This document shows, piece after piece, positions 31,652 through 42,193 of a stretch of DNA of 64,000 bases (the stretch's first letter is position 1; each line of letters begins with the position of its first letter). Source of the stretch: Sphingorhabdus sp. (GTDB taxonomy: Bacteria > Pseudomonadota > Alphaproteobacteria > Sphingomonadales > Sphingomonadaceae); the NCBI RefSeq assembly GCF_046596595.1, contig NZ_JBKJMB010000087.1:31591-95590 (forward strand), read 5' to 3'. The translations under genes were made by a program, and so were the position numbers. The notes beneath the pieces are model-generated. The model did no database searches, was not told where the DNA came from, and saw nothing but the letters and a program-made list of their open reading frames with translations.

Positions 31652-32776
31652 TTACGCCGCGGTGGCCAGCTCCACTTTTAAGGTCTCCTCGATCCACCCT
31701 CCGCCAAGAACGCGGTCGCCGTCATACAATACGGCCGCCTGCCCCGGCGCTACCCCATATTCTGGCGAGTCAAAGCGCAACCAGTCGCCGTCAAGCCGCG
31801 CAGCTACAGGGCGGGACATTGACCGCACTTTAGCCATAACGGGTCGGTCACCGAACTCTGCAAGCCAGTTGGCATCAGTGATACGCGCACCTTCGACCGC
31901 AAGCGCCTCACGTGGCCCGACGATTACGTGCTGATTTATCGGATCGAGCCGGATCACATATAAGGGTACCGGCTGCCCTCCGACTTCAAGACCCTTTCGC
32001 TGACCAACGGTGTAGTGGATCAGGCCTTTATGCTGGCCAAGCTTCCGGCCATCCAAATGCACGATTTCACCGCCGATTTCCGCATCAGGACGGATTTTGC
32101 GCACGATGCTTGCATAGTCACCGTCCGGCACAAAGCAAATGTCCTGGCTGTCGGGCTTCATGGCCACAATCAACCCCAGCTCCTGCGCAATGGCACGCAC
32201 TTGGGGCTTTGGCATCCCGCCCAATGGAAAGCGAAGATAATTGAGTTGGCTTTGCGTTGTGGCAAACAGGAAATAGCTCTGGTCGCGCGCAGGGTCAGCG
32301 GCCCGGTGAAGCTCCGCGCCTTCGGCGCCTTCCACGCGGCGTACATAATGGCCAGTCGCAAGGCAGTCGGCACCGAGTTCGCGCGCAAGCCGGAACAGGT
32401 CGGTGAACTTGACGCCCATGTTACATCGAACGCAGGGAATTGGCGTGCGCCCGGCCATATATTCATCAGCAAAATGGTCGATGACCGATTCGCGAAACCG
32501 GCTTTCATGGTCGAAAACATAATGTGCAATGCCAAGCTTGTCGGCGACTGCGCGTGCGTCGCGAATATCCTGCCCCGCGCAGCATGCACCGGCGCGCTTG
32601 ACCGCGCTGCCATGGTCATAAAGCTGTAAAGTAACGCCAATCGTTTCCGCCCCAGTGCGTGCGGCGAGCGCCGCCACGACTGACGAATCAACCCCTCCCG
32701 ACATCGCCACGACGATTCGCTTGCCGCTTAAATCAGCGCCAAGTTGAAAATCTGAATCATAAATCCCAGGAGTCAT
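31652..32776 (-). CDS. mnmA: tRNA-specific 2-thiouridylase
   Basis: [36 protein letters not shown] and GQAAVLY. Confidence 0.96.
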   Translation of the reverse strand: MTPGIYDSDFQLGADLSGKRIVVAMSGGVDSSVVAALAARTGAETIGVTLQLYDHGSAVKRAGACCAGQDIRDARAVADKLGIAHYVFDHESRFRESVIDHFADEYMAGRTPIPCVRCNMGVKFTDLFRLARELGADCLATGHYVRRVEGAEGAELHRAADPARDQSYFLFATTQSQLNYLRFPLGGMPKPQVRAIAQELGLIVAMKPDSQDICFVPDGDYASIVRKIRPDAEIGGEIVHLDGRKLGQHKGLIHYTVGQRKGLEVGGQPVPLYVIRLDPINQHVIVGPREALAVEGARITDANWLAEFGDRPVMAKVRSMSRPVAARLDGDWLRFDSPEYGVAPGQAAVLYDGDRVLGGGWIEETLKVELATAA

Positions 32777-32947
32777 ACGACCGCGTCCTTATAAACTTTA
32801 ATCACAAATTGCTAGTTATCTGAATTACTTCCGCCAACTGGTCCAACTTTACGAGGTCGCCAAAGGATAACAGATGTTAATATCACCTAACACCAATTGA
32901 ACGGCACCTTTACCTCATATTAGAATTTATGACGGTAGGACAGCGTC

Positions 32948-33322
32948 ATGGAAATGAGCTTTCCCCATCACGCGTTACGCACATTTGCGGAGACGACATC
33001 GGACACCCGCAGGTCTGTTTTGGATGCAGCACGGGCGCGGCAGGCAAAAAGCCGCACCGTGCGTGCGCTGAACCGCGCAGAAAATGGAGACGCGGCCGAT
33101 GGCGATGATCTGGCAGCGCGCATTCACTGTTTTGTGGCGGATCCCGATGCCGACATCGCAGTGCGGGGCGCGTTCTGGCAGAAACCGGAAACACCAAAAA
33201 TGAATGAAGATCCTGTTTACCAATCCGGTTCAGTGAATATCAAATACGATGAGCTATCTGCTTTCGGAACAGGAACAGATTCGAACCTTGCGGGGCATGG
33301 AGCAAAAAACAATCATGATTGA
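32948..33322 (+). CDS. Hypothetical protein directly upstream of sciP
   Basis: RBS ggtagga 7 nt before the ATG; 8-nt ATGATTGA overlap with the sciP start. No family recognised. Confidence 0.4.
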   Translation: MEMSFPHHALRTFAETTSDTRRSVLDAARARQAKSRTVRALNRAENGDAADGDDLAARIHCFVADPDADIAVRGAFWQKPETPKMNEDPVYQSGSVNIKYDELSAFGTGTDSNLAGHGAKNNHD

Positions 33323-33614
33323 AAATCAGAAATTCCGCCCGTCGCAGGTTATAGGCCCATTGGGCGAACCACTCACGCTCGATAGCTTACCACCTCCTGG
33401 CACGACGCGGTGGGTTGTCCGTCGCAAGGCCGAAGTCGTCGCCGCCGTAAATGGCGGGCTGCTCTCGATCAACGACGTCTGCGAACGGTATAGCCTGACG
33501 CTTGAGGAGTTTGCGTCGTGGCAACGGGCGGTCGACAGGTCAGGAATGCCCGGACTTCGGGTAACGCGCATCCAGCATTATCGTGATCTGTACGAACGTC
33601 AGCAGAAATATTGA
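33315..33614 (+). CDS. sciP: CtrA inhibitor SciP (DUF1153)
   Basis: VIGPLGEPLT..LPPPGTTRWVVRRKAEVVAAV..GLL...RYSLTLEEFASWQRA..GLRVTRIQ. Confidence 0.92.
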   Translation: MIENQKFRPSQVIGPLGEPLTLDSLPPPGTTRWVVRRKAEVVAAVNGGLLSINDVCERYSLTLEEFASWQRAVDRSGMPGLRVTRIQHYRDLYERQQKY

Positions 33615-33646
33615 TCGCCACTTTATTGCTGATAAAGTGAGAAATT

Positions 33647-33674
33647 ACCCCGCCTCGTGCGGGGTTTTTCTTTT
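33647..33674 (+). terminator. Rho-independent terminator after sciP
   Basis: accccgc-ctcgt-gcggggt followed by a T-tract. Confidence 0.75.
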
Positions 33675-33797
33675 GCGCAGCCGTGTTTTTCGAAAAATCA
33701 TCAAAACATACTGTTGCTGTCTGGCAATTTACGCGCTTTTCATTATCATTTGCATCGCCGGGGCATCTCCGGATGGCGTAATATAGGAGCAAACTTC

Positions 33798-34061
33798 ATG
33801 GGTTGGATTATCGCAATCATCGTAGGCGGAATCGCTGGCTGGCTTGCAAGTAAAGTCATGGGTCGTGACGCTTCCATGGGCATTATTGCCAATGTCATAG
33901 CCGGATGTGTCGGCTCGGTTGTCGGCAATTTGATTGCCAATCGCTTCGGCATCGTTGGCAGTGTGCAGGAATTTTCGCTCACGGGTCTCATCGTTGCCTT
34001 TGTAGGCGCCGTCATCGTGCTGGCGATCTTAAATCTTATTCAGCGTGGACGTGTGCGGTAA
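33798..34061 (+). CDS. GlsB/YeaQ/YmgE-family stress-response membrane protein
   Basis: MGWIIAIIVGGIAGWLAS...NVIAGCVGSVVG; RBS aggag. Confidence 0.85.
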   Translation: MGWIIAIIVGGIAGWLASKVMGRDASMGIIANVIAGCVGSVVGNLIANRFGIVGSVQEFSLTGLIVAFVGAVIVLAILNLIQRGRVR

Positions 34062-34081
34062 GCTATTCTATCTCAACAGAT

Positions 34082-34120
34082 AAGAAAGCCACGTAGACCT
34101 GCTCTGCGTGGCTTTTCTTT
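34082..34120 (+). terminator. Rho-independent terminator
   Basis: aagaaagccacg...cgtggcttttcttt. Confidence 0.7.
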
Positions 34121-34317
34121 CATGCCGTTTGTCGAAACATATGAGGCGTCAGTCTTTATTGTTGCGCACTCCAATCTTGCTTAATCTATACCTGCGACTG
34201 CATTTCACCCTGTGACGTTCTGCGCCTTGCGAAGAGTGACTTATTAGGGTAACACAGCGACACTATGAACTTCATGGGCGGCAGGCGCTTGCTCCAGACA
34301 GAATTTGGAACTCCGGT

Positions 34318-35502
34318 ATGAACTACGAAACAACGATGAGCGGGACGCTGAATGGCCAAGCGCTTGAGGAAGTCCCGGACCGCACTCGTCGACGGTTGAC
34401 TATCGCTGCGGTTATCGTCGCCATCTTGGTCGTCGCAGGCGCTGCATATTATTTCTTCGGACAGAGCAGTGATCCCGCTGCTCTGTCGGCAGACGCCGAG
34501 AAAGCAGCTCAGGCGCAAACCGTCACCGTAGTTGCACCGGGCCGCGACACCGTAGTGCGCGCGATCAATGCCACCGGCACTTTGGCTGCACGCCGCGAAA
34601 TTCCTGTCGGTGTCGTTGGTGAAGGGGGACGCGTCCTTCAGGTTTATGTCGATGCGGGCGATTGGGTAAGCCAAGGCGATGTGCTCGTGAGCGTGGACCG
34701 TTCAGTGCAAGCACAACAGGCAGCGGCGCTTGAAGCCCAAATTGGTGTGGCGCGCGCCGATCTCCAACTCGCTCAGAATGAACTCGACCGCGCCGCACAA
34801 TTGGTCGAGCGCGGATTTATCTCCAAGGCTGATGTCGACCGCAAAACAGCTACCCGCGACGCGACGCGTGCCCGGGTGAATGTTGCCAACGCGCAACTTG
34901 CCGAAACACGCGCCCGCAATGCGCGGCTTGATGTTCGCGCGCCCGTTTCGGGCTACGTACTTGAACGCAATGTAGAAACTGGCCAAACTGTCTCGGCAGG
35001 TAGCGGCATTTTGTTCCGCATCGCCAAGGATGGCCAATTGGAACTTCAGGCAAAGCTGAGCGAGAATGATCTTGCCCAAGTAGCAGTCGGTGTTCCAGCC
35101 TCGGTAACGCCCGTTGGCACCGACCGCGTGTTTACCGGTAACATCTGGCAAATTGCCCCGATGATTGATGCACAAAGCCGCCAGGGTATTGCGCGCGTTG
35201 CCCTGACATTTGACAAGGCGTTGCGTCCAGGGGGTTTTGCATCGGTTGAAATCAAGTCCGGCGCGATGACGGCGCCCGTCTTGCCTGAATCTGCTGTCCA
35301 AACAGGCCGCGAAGGCAGCTTTGTCTATATTGTCGGCAAAGACAACAAGGTGAAGCAGCGCCCTGTCAAGGTCGGTTCGGTCACCGCCAACGGCCTGATT
35401 ATCGAGCAAGGCCTTGATGGCACCGAACGCGTCGTTCTTTACGCTGGCGGTTTCCTCAATCCGGACGAGACGATCAATCCCAAGCTGTTGAAAAAGCAGT
35501 AA
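34318..35502 (+). CDS. RND efflux periplasmic adaptor (MFP)
   Basis: N-terminal TM, biotinyl-lipoyl GRVLQVYVDAGDWV, coiled coil, RAPVSGYV and LPESAV. Confidence 0.9.
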   Translation: MNYETTMSGTLNGQALEEVPDRTRRRLTIAAVIVAILVVAGAAYYFFGQSSDPAALSADAEKAAQAQTVTVVAPGRDTVVRAINATGTLAARREIPVGVVGEGGRVLQVYVDAGDWVSQGDVLVSVDRSVQAQQAAALEAQIGVARADLQLAQNELDRAAQLVERGFISKADVDRKTATRDATRARVNVANAQLAETRARNARLDVRAPVSGYVLERNVETGQTVSAGSGILFRIAKDGQLELQAKLSENDLAQVAVGVPASVTPVGTDRVFTGNIWQIAPMIDAQSRQGIARVALTFDKALRPGGFASVEIKSGAMTAPVLPESAVQTGREGSFVYIVGKDNKVKQRPVKVGSVTANGLIIEQGLDGTERVVLYAGGFLNPDETINPKLLKKQ

Positions 35503-35528
35503 TATTCGGCACATCCGGGAATTAGAAT

Positions 35529-38500
35529 ATGAATTTAAATAATATTTCTGCATGGTCCATCCGCAATCCGGTGGTGCCGATAGTCTTGTTCGTCGCGCTC
35601 ACCATCGCGGGCATCATGTCGTTCAGGAACATGGACGTGCAGAATGATCCCGATATAGAATTTCCGGTTGTCGTTGTCTCAATTTCGCAGCCGGGCGCTG
35701 CACCCACAGAAATAACCACCCAAATTACCCAAAAGGTCGAATCTGCGATCCGAAGTGTGCAGGGCGTCCGCAACATTGACGCGACCTCAAGCGAAGGCAA
35801 CACCACGGTAAGCGCCGAATTTGAAATAGGCGACGACATCAACGCTGCCGTCAGCGAAGTGAAGAATGCAGTAGACCAAATTCGCAGCGACCTGCCTGAT
35901 GGCATATTGGAACCGCAAATCTTTAAAGTCGCAACATCAAGCGACCCAATTGCCTATTTTGCCGTCGAAGCCAGCGACATGACGCTTGAGCAATTAAGCT
36001 GGTTTGTTGATGACTCCGTCGCGCGCAAATTGCTGTCGGTTGAAGGCATGGCGTCGGTTAGCCGCAATGGCGGCGTTAACCGGGAAATCCGTGTCGTTCT
36101 CGACCCTGCAAAAATGCAATCATTGGGCGTAAGCGCCAGCCAGATCAACGCGGTGCTGCGTCAACAGAATGTCAACGCGTCGGGCGGACAATCGCAAATC
36201 GCCGGCTCGCGTCAGTCTGTCCGTGTGCTTGGAAATGCAACCGACGCCTTTGCGCTTAGCCAGACCCAGATTAGCCTTGGCAGTGGTCGGTCAATCAAGC
36301 TTGCCGACGTCGCTGAAGTCACTGATGGCTTTAGCGAACAAAAGGCGATGGCTTTTGCGGGTGGCAAACAGGTTGTCACCTTCGGCATGTCGCGTGCCAA
36401 GGGTGCTTCGGACGTCACAGTTTTTGATGAAGCCATGGTCAAAATGGCAGAGATTGAGAAAGACAATCCAGGTATAAATTTCATCACTCTATTCAACAGC
36501 GTGGATTACACCAAAGGCCAGTATAAAAGTTCAATGGCAGCCATGATTGAGGGCGCATTGCTTGCGATCGTTGTGGTATTCCTGTTCCTGCGCGACTGGC
36601 GTGCGACGATTATTTCGGCGATTGCCATTCCTTTGTCCGCCATTCCGACTTTCTGGTTCCTCGACCTTTTGGGATTCACGCTGAACACCATGTCGCTGCT
36701 TGCGCTTGGCTTGGTCGCAGGTGTGCTGGTCGATGACGCGATCGTTGAGATCGAAAATATCGTGCGACATATGCGAATGGGTAAATCGGCGTATCAGGCG
36801 TCGATTGATGCTGCCGATGAAATCGGCCTTGCCGTCGTCGCAACCACATTTTCCATCGTCGCCGTGTTCCTACCCGTTGGCCTGATGCCTGGTGTTGCCG
36901 GTCAATATTTCAAAAATTTTGGCCTGACCGTCGTCGCCTCTGTTCTGATGAGCCTTGCCGTTGCGCGGATGATCACGCCGATGATCGCGGCGTACTTTCT
37001 GAAATCGAGTGGCATGGCCGAACATGGTGAAGCAGGCTGGATTGACAGATATATGAAAATCCTGCGGTGGTCGCTTGGCCATCGTCGGTGGATGATGGGC
37101 ATTGGTGCGCTCGCATTGGGGCTGACCATCGCACTGTTGATCATTCTGCCAAAACAATTCTTTCCCGATGGCAATACCGATTTCAGCCGTATTCGCATTG
37201 AAATGGTTCCCGGAACTACGCTCGAACGCACCCGTGAAATTGCCAGTGAGGCCGCAGCGATTGTTGAAAAACAGCCCGAGGTCGAAACTGCACTGCAAAG
37301 CGTACGTGAAGGCAGCGCCAACATGTTCATCACTTTGAAAAAGGACCGCGCCCGCACCAGTCAACAATTTGAAGAAGACCTAACTCCTTTGCTTACAAAA
37401 ATTGCGGATGCACGCGTGACCTTTCAGGCAAACGGCCCGGGCGGCGGTGGTTCCGGCCGCGACGTTTCGGTCATGTTGTCGGGCTCTGATCCCAAAAGGC
37501 TTGATCAAACCGCAGCGACACTTGTCGAGCAGATGAAAACCGTGCCCGAATTACGTGCGCCGCGTATCTCGGCTGATTTGCAGCGCCCCGAATTGATCAT
37601 TACCCCGCGCAGTGACCTGGCATCGCAGCTTGGCGTGTCGACCGTGGCCCTGAGCCAAACGATTCGTATCGCAACGCTTGGCGACATCGACCAGAATAGC
37701 GCCAAATTCTCGCTGTCTGACCGTCAAATCCCTATTCGCGTGATGCTCGCCAAGGAATCACGCCAGGATCTTGACGTCATTCGCAACCTGCCAGTGCCTC
37801 TCGCCAGCGGCGGTTCGGTTCCCTTGTCGCGCGTCGCTGACATCAGCTTTGGTGCAGGGCCAACCTCGGTCCAGCGCCGCAACCAGAATTTCCGTATCTT
37901 CATTGGTGCTGATTTCGCGCCGGGCATTGTCTCTTCTGATGCCGACAAGAAAATCAACAATCTGCCGATCATGAAAAATTTGCCAACGGGCGTTTCGCGC
38001 GCACCCTTTGGTAGTCAGGAATGGGAGCAGGAAATGCAACGCGACTTCCTGGTCGCTTTGATTTCCGGGACTCTGCTCGTGTTCGCGGTTCTTGTGTTGC
38101 TGTACCACCGGTTCATGTCGCCTTTGGTCAATATGGGATCGCTGTTGCTTGCACCACTGGGTGGCCTCATCGCGCTTGGTTTGGTCGGGCAGCCCATTTC
38201 GATGCCGGTATTCATCGGCGTGTTGATGCTGTTCGGCATCGTGGCCAAGAACTCGATTTTGCTGATCGACTTCGCGATCGAGGAAATGGCGCGCGGCGTT
38301 CCGAAGTTCCAAGCAATTATGGAGGCTGGACACAAGCGCGCACAGCCAATCGTGATGACAACCGTTGCCATGACCGCAGGCATGGTGCCAACCGCACTGT
38401 CGCTGGGTGGTGACGGGCAATGGCGCTCACCTATGGGGACCGTCGTGATCGGCGGCCTGATCGTCTCGACCTTGCTGACGTTGCTCATCGTTCCTGCTGG

Positions 38501-38678
38501 TTTCAGCCTGGCCGATGGCTTTGAAAAGCGGGTTGGACCATGGCTTCGCACGCGCCTGCTCACCTACGATCCCGAAAAGCATGGTGAAAACATAACGGAC
38601 CCTGCCAAGCCAGCCGGCAAAGCACCGGGCAAGACATCGGGCAAGGACGATCTCGGCGGACTTCAGCCCGCAGAGTGA
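35529..38678 (+). CDS. RND efflux permease (AcrB/AcrD/AcrF family)
   Basis: GVLVDDAIVEIENI, GIVAKNSILLIDF and RAQPIVMTTVAM; 1049 aa. Confidence 0.93.
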   Translation: MNLNNISAWSIRNPVVPIVLFVALTIAGIMSFRNMDVQNDPDIEFPVVVVSISQPGAAPTEITTQITQKVESAIRSVQGVRNIDATSSEGNTTVSAEFEIGDDINAAVSEVKNAVDQIRSDLPDGILEPQIFKVATSSDPIAYFAVEASDMTLEQLSWFVDDSVARKLLSVEGMASVSRNGGVNREIRVVLDPAKMQSLGVSASQINAVLRQQNVNASGGQSQIAGSRQSVRVLGNATDAFALSQTQISLGSGRSIKLADVAEVTDGFSEQKAMAFAGGKQVVTFGMSRAKGASDVTVFDEAMVKMAEIEKDNPGINFITLFNSVDYTKGQYKSSMAAMIEGALLAIVVVFLFLRDWRATIISAIAIPLSAIPTFWFLDLLGFTLNTMSLLALGLVAGVLVDDAIVEIENIVRHMRMGKSAYQASIDAADEIGLAVVATTFSIVAVFLPVGLMPGVAGQYFKNFGLTVVASVLMSLAVARMITPMIAAYFLKSSGMAEHGEAGWIDRYMKILRWSLGHRRWMMGIGALALGLTIALLIILPKQFFPDGNTDFSRIRIEMVPGTTLERTREIASEAAAIVEKQPEVETALQSVREGSANMFITLKKDRARTSQQFEEDLTPLLTKIADARVTFQANGPGGGGSGRDVSVMLSGSDPKRLDQTAATLVEQMKTVPELRAPRISADLQRPELIITPRSDLASQLGVSTVALSQTIRIATLGDIDQNSAKFSLSDRQIPIRVMLAKESRQDLDVIRNLPVPLASGGSVPLSRVADISFGAGPTSVQRRNQNFRIFIGADFAPGIVSSDADKKINNLPIMKNLPTGVSRAPFGSQEWEQEMQRDFLVALISGTLLVFAVLVLLYHRFMSPLVNMGSLLLAPLGGLIALGLVGQPISMPVFIGVLMLFGIVAKNSILLIDFAIEEMARGVPKFQAIMEAGHKRAQPIVMTTVAMTAGMVPTALSLGGDGQWRSPMGTVVIGGLIVSTLLTLLIVPAGFSLADGFEKRVGPWLRTRLLTYDPEKHGENITDPAKPAGKAPGKTSGKDDLGGLQPAE

Positions 38679-38721
38679 GCCTTTGCTTGGCAGCACGGTC
38701 CGCCTTGGCTAAGGCAACAGG

Positions 38722-40002
38722 GTGAAAGCTGCCAATCAACTGGGTCTGTCGGAAAAAACGCGTTACGCCGAACGTGATGCCGAACTGCGGCAGATGCGAA
38801 TTATCGCGACAGCGCTGCTTTTGGCGATGGCGGGCCTGTTCGTGTTCGGCAAGTTTATGGAGACGCGTTACGAAGGCTATTGGGGCTTTCTGCGCGCCTT
38901 TGCCGAAGCAGGAATGGTGGGCGGCCTTGCCGACTGGTTCGCGGTGACCGCTTTGTTCCGCCACCCTCTTGGCATACCAATCCCACACACCGCAATTATC
39001 CCGAATAACAAGGAACGGCTTGGCCGCACGCTGGCAAGCTTTCTGCGCACAAATTTCCTGACGACGAAGGTGGTCGCGCGGCGCGTTCAGCGGATGGATG
39101 TGGCGGGCGCAATGGGAAAGTTCCTGAGCGCGCCTTCGGGCGGTGAGGGCCGGATGCGGATGGGCGCGTCGCGGCTTATGGGCGACATTATCGCTGCGCT
39201 TGATGATGAGCGGCTTGGCGGCGTTGCCAAGGGCGCCATTCGCACGCAACTCGACAAGTTGGATATCGCGCCACTTCTTGGACAGCTGCTCACCGCGATG
39301 ATCCGCGAGCGGCGGCATATTCCTGTACTGGACAGCATTATCAAATGGTCGTCGGCGACGCTTGAGGCCAATGAACATCTTATCCGCGAAATGGTCGAGG
39401 AGCGCGCCAACACGATTATGCGCTGGACTGGCCTCGACGACAAGCTGGCCAACGCAATCGTCAATGGCCTCAACAAGCTGCTGCATGAAATGGCCGAAGA
39501 TCCCGACCATCCGTTACGCGAAAAGGGCGAGGAAGGGCTTGCAAGCCTTGCGCACGACCTGCGCCACGACAAGGAATTGCAGGCCAAGGTCGCGCACTGG
39601 AAAGGACAATTGCTCGAAAATCCAGCGATGAGCAAATGGATCAACAGCCTGTGGGATCAAGGGCGCGATGGCCTTTTGAAGGCGGCGCGCAACCCCGATG
39701 CGGCGCTGGCAGGCAGCTTTGGTGACGCGCTCATAAAGCTTGGCGGCACCTTGCAAGAAGATGCCCGGCTCAAGCATCAGATCAACCGCTTTGCACGTCG
39801 CGCAATTGTAGGCACGACCGAAAATTACGGTGACAATATCGTGAAGCTGGTGTCCGAAACCGTTGCCCGTTGGGACGCATCAACAATCACCGACCGCGTC
39901 GAAAATGCGGTCGGCAGCGATCTTCAGTTCATCCGTATTAACGGTACATTGGTGGGCGGCATGGCGGGTATCGTTATTCATTCTGTAGGACTATTATTTT
40001 AA
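38722..40002 (+). CDS. DUF445-domain membrane protein
   Basis: AEAGMVGGLADWFAVTALFRHPLG and DLQFIRINGTLVGG. Confidence 0.88.
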   Translation: MKAANQLGLSEKTRYAERDAELRQMRIIATALLLAMAGLFVFGKFMETRYEGYWGFLRAFAEAGMVGGLADWFAVTALFRHPLGIPIPHTAIIPNNKERLGRTLASFLRTNFLTTKVVARRVQRMDVAGAMGKFLSAPSGGEGRMRMGASRLMGDIIAALDDERLGGVAKGAIRTQLDKLDIAPLLGQLLTAMIRERRHIPVLDSIIKWSSATLEANEHLIREMVEERANTIMRWTGLDDKLANAIVNGLNKLLHEMAEDPDHPLREKGEEGLASLAHDLRHDKELQAKVAHWKGQLLENPAMSKWINSLWDQGRDGLLKAARNPDAALAGSFGDALIKLGGTLQEDARLKHQINRFARRAIVGTTENYGDNIVKLVSETVARWDASTITDRVENAVGSDLQFIRINGTLVGGMAGIVIHSVGLLF

Positions 40003-40679
40003 TCGCGGGGTAAATCCATTATCATCCGCTCGGCTGCCTCTGCTGCCACGCGGGAGGCGCGTTTTAGATTGCTCTGAAAATCCCCTGCGCTTTCGCCATC
40101 GGCGTTGTCGCTGGTCGCCTTGATTGCCGCCCATGGGACGTCCATCCGCACAGCAGCCTGCGCCACCGCCGCCGTCTCCATATCAACGATATCGCCGCTA
40201 AGCGCACTGTGGAGCCTTTTGCCATGGTCAGCGCTTTCGACAAAGCAATCGCTTGTGATGATGCGCACCTTGGGTAGACCAGTCTCTGGCATGACCGCGG
40301 CATGAAACGGTTCGGCATGCGCCTCGCCAATGGGCCATGCACCTGCCCTGTAATGCACAAAGCCTTCGGCGCGTGACGCACCGTAATCGCCTTGCACAGC
40401 TTCGACGATCTGAAAGCATGACCCTTCGCAACCATTCAATTTTCCGGCGGTGCCAACCACCAGCAATAGGTCCGCGTGGTAATGTTCGACCAGCATCATT
40501 GCGGCCATTGCAGCATTCACCTTGCCAATTCCGCTGCAGGTAATCGCGATATTGCGGTCGGCAAAATAAACTTGGCGCACCATGAAGCCATGGAGCGCCT
40601 CCACATTCGCGCTCTGGCCAGGAAACACAGCGGCGGCTTCGGCATCTACACCTGTGATTATGCCAATGGTCTTGATCAT
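39999..40679 (-). CDS. mtnN: MTA/SAH nucleosidase (PNP_UDP_1 family)
   Basis: SGIGKVNAA, VGTAG, VDMETAAVAQ and KATSDNAD. Confidence 0.75.
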   Translation of the reverse strand: MIKTIGIITGVDAEAAAVFPGQSANVEALHGFMVRQVYFADRNIAITCSGIGKVNAAMAAMMLVEHYHADLLLVVGTAGKLNGCEGSCFQIVEAVQGDYGASRAEGFVHYRAGAWPIGEAHAEPFHAAVMPETGLPKVRIITSDCFVESADHGKRLHSALSGDIVDMETAAVAQAAVRMDVPWAAIKATSDNADGESAGDFQSNLKRASRVAAEAAERMIMDLPRD

Positions 40680-40765
40680 GCCGCGCGCGCCCTTTTTTGA
40701 TTGGAACAGCGGCTCTAACGCGTGAATGGCGTAAATATGATGACAGTTAATGTAGCAGCATCAAA

Positions 40766-42082
40766 TTACTTTTGGGCCGCGATCATATCTTCCACGCGCA
40801 CGAATTTCTCACGCGGTGCGCCGTCGCGAGCGCGGTACGTTTCAGCTTGTTCAATTTTCTTCCAGTCGCTGAAGGTTACCACGTCGACACCGCGCGCGTG
40901 CAGTAACACGTCGAGCCCCTCCCTGCCCGCTTTGGCTTTTGCGCCCGTGCTTACGGCCCAGTCTTCGGCAATCAACTCGACAATATTCACCCCGTCGGGC
41001 CGGTTTGTCCCGATGGTTCCTGACGGACCACGCCGTGCCCAGCCAACACAATATAGCCCGGGCACAATGCGGCCATTAACATTAGCAAAGCGCCCCCGGC
41101 CATGCTCATAGGGCACGCCGTCCATGGGCGGGGTTTGATATCCGATGCAGCTAATGACCATCGAACAGGCAATGTCATATGTCTCGCCTGTACCTTCGCT
41201 GCGCAATTCATCGTCCAGCTGCATGCGCTCGATACGGATGCGCTCAACCTTGCCGTCACCTTCTATGGCCGTCGGTGCTGCAAAAAAGTTGAAGTTGATG
41301 CTTATCATTTTGTCCGCGCGGAATGCCTCGGGAATGGCGGCAAATTCCCGCAGATGCGTGACCGCTTTGCGCATCCCGGGTTCAAGCAACGCATCCTCGC
41401 CAAGCTCCGGCAGATCGTTCTTGTCGACACGCACCGTCGCCCTTTCCAGATGCCCGAGTTCGCCAAGTTCCTTTGGTGTCATCGCAATCTGGTGCGGCCC
41501 GCGTCTTCCCAATATCGTAACCTCCTCAGTTCCCGCCGTTTCAAGTGCATTCAGGGCGTGGGAAACAATGTCCGACCCACCAAATTCGGCGGGTGTTTTT
41601 GCGAGGATTCGCGCCACATCCAGCGCGACATTGCCATTGCCAACGATCACAACATGGCGGCCGCCAAGCATCGGATTCAAGTCTGCAAAGTCGGGATGTC
41701 CATTGTACCAGCCGACAAAGGCTGCACTCCCCACAACGCCTGGCAAATCGCCGCCGGGAATGTCGAGCTTACGGTCATTGGGCGCTCCGGTCGCAAGAAC
41801 GACAGCGTCGTAATGGTCTTGAAGCTCAGAAACACTTACGTCACAGCCGACCGACACATTTCCGACAAAGCGGACAGTGTCCGACAGCGCCACTTTTTCA
41901 TATCGTTCCGACACAGCTTTGATTGCTTGATGATCAGGCGCAACGCCAAAGCGGATGAGGCCAAATGGCACGGGTAACCTGTCGACTATGTCAATGTGCA
42001 CATCATCGCCGAATTTCTTCTGCGCGGCTTCGGCGGTATAATAGCCCGCCGGACCAGACCCAATGATCGCGATGTGCCGCAT
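40766..42082 (-). CDS. Ferredoxin/flavodoxin-NADP+ reductase (FprA/adrenodoxin-reductase type)
   Basis: GSGPAGYY, PFGLIRFGVAPDH, GNGNVALDVAR and GWARRGPSGTIGTN. Confidence 0.88.
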   Translation of the reverse strand: MRHIAIIGSGPAGYYTAEAAQKKFGDDVHIDIVDRLPVPFGLIRFGVAPDHQAIKAVSERYEKVALSDTVRFVGNVSVGCDVSVSELQDHYDAVVLATGAPNDRKLDIPGGDLPGVVGSAAFVGWYNGHPDFADLNPMLGGRHVVIVGNGNVALDVARILAKTPAEFGGSDIVSHALNALETAGTEEVTILGRRGPHQIAMTPKELGELGHLERATVRVDKNDLPELGEDALLEPGMRKAVTHLREFAAIPEAFRADKMISINFNFFAAPTAIEGDGKVERIRIERMQLDDELRSEGTGETYDIACSMVISCIGYQTPPMDGVPYEHGRGRFANVNGRIVPGLYCVGWARRGPSGTIGTNRPDGVNIVELIAEDWAVSTGAKAKAGREGLDVLLHARGVDVVTFSDWKKIEQAETYRARDGAPREKFVRVEDMIAAQK

Positions 42083-42131
42083 TTCGCCTCTCCGCTTATG
42101 CTCTGAGTCGGCAGGCTAGCGCGTCAGGGAC

Positions 42132-42175
42132 AAAAAGAAAGGCCGACCTGTTTGCACAGGCCGGCCCTTTTTTTG
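42132..42175 (-). terminator. Rho-independent terminator after TonB receptor
   Basis: Stem aaggccgacctgt/acaggccggccctt with flanking A/T tracts. Confidence 0.7.
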
Positions 42176-42193
42176 AAAATGCCACGAAGTGGG

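Noticed and set aside
33691-33715. EcfG-like promoter before the YmgE-family gene
   Set aside because: It reads CGAAA-N16-TGTT, and two mismatches in the -35 element are too weak to call.
34265-34321. 18-codon uORF overlapping the RND adaptor start
   Set aside because: No RBS or attenuator structure supports it, and such ORFs arise by chance.
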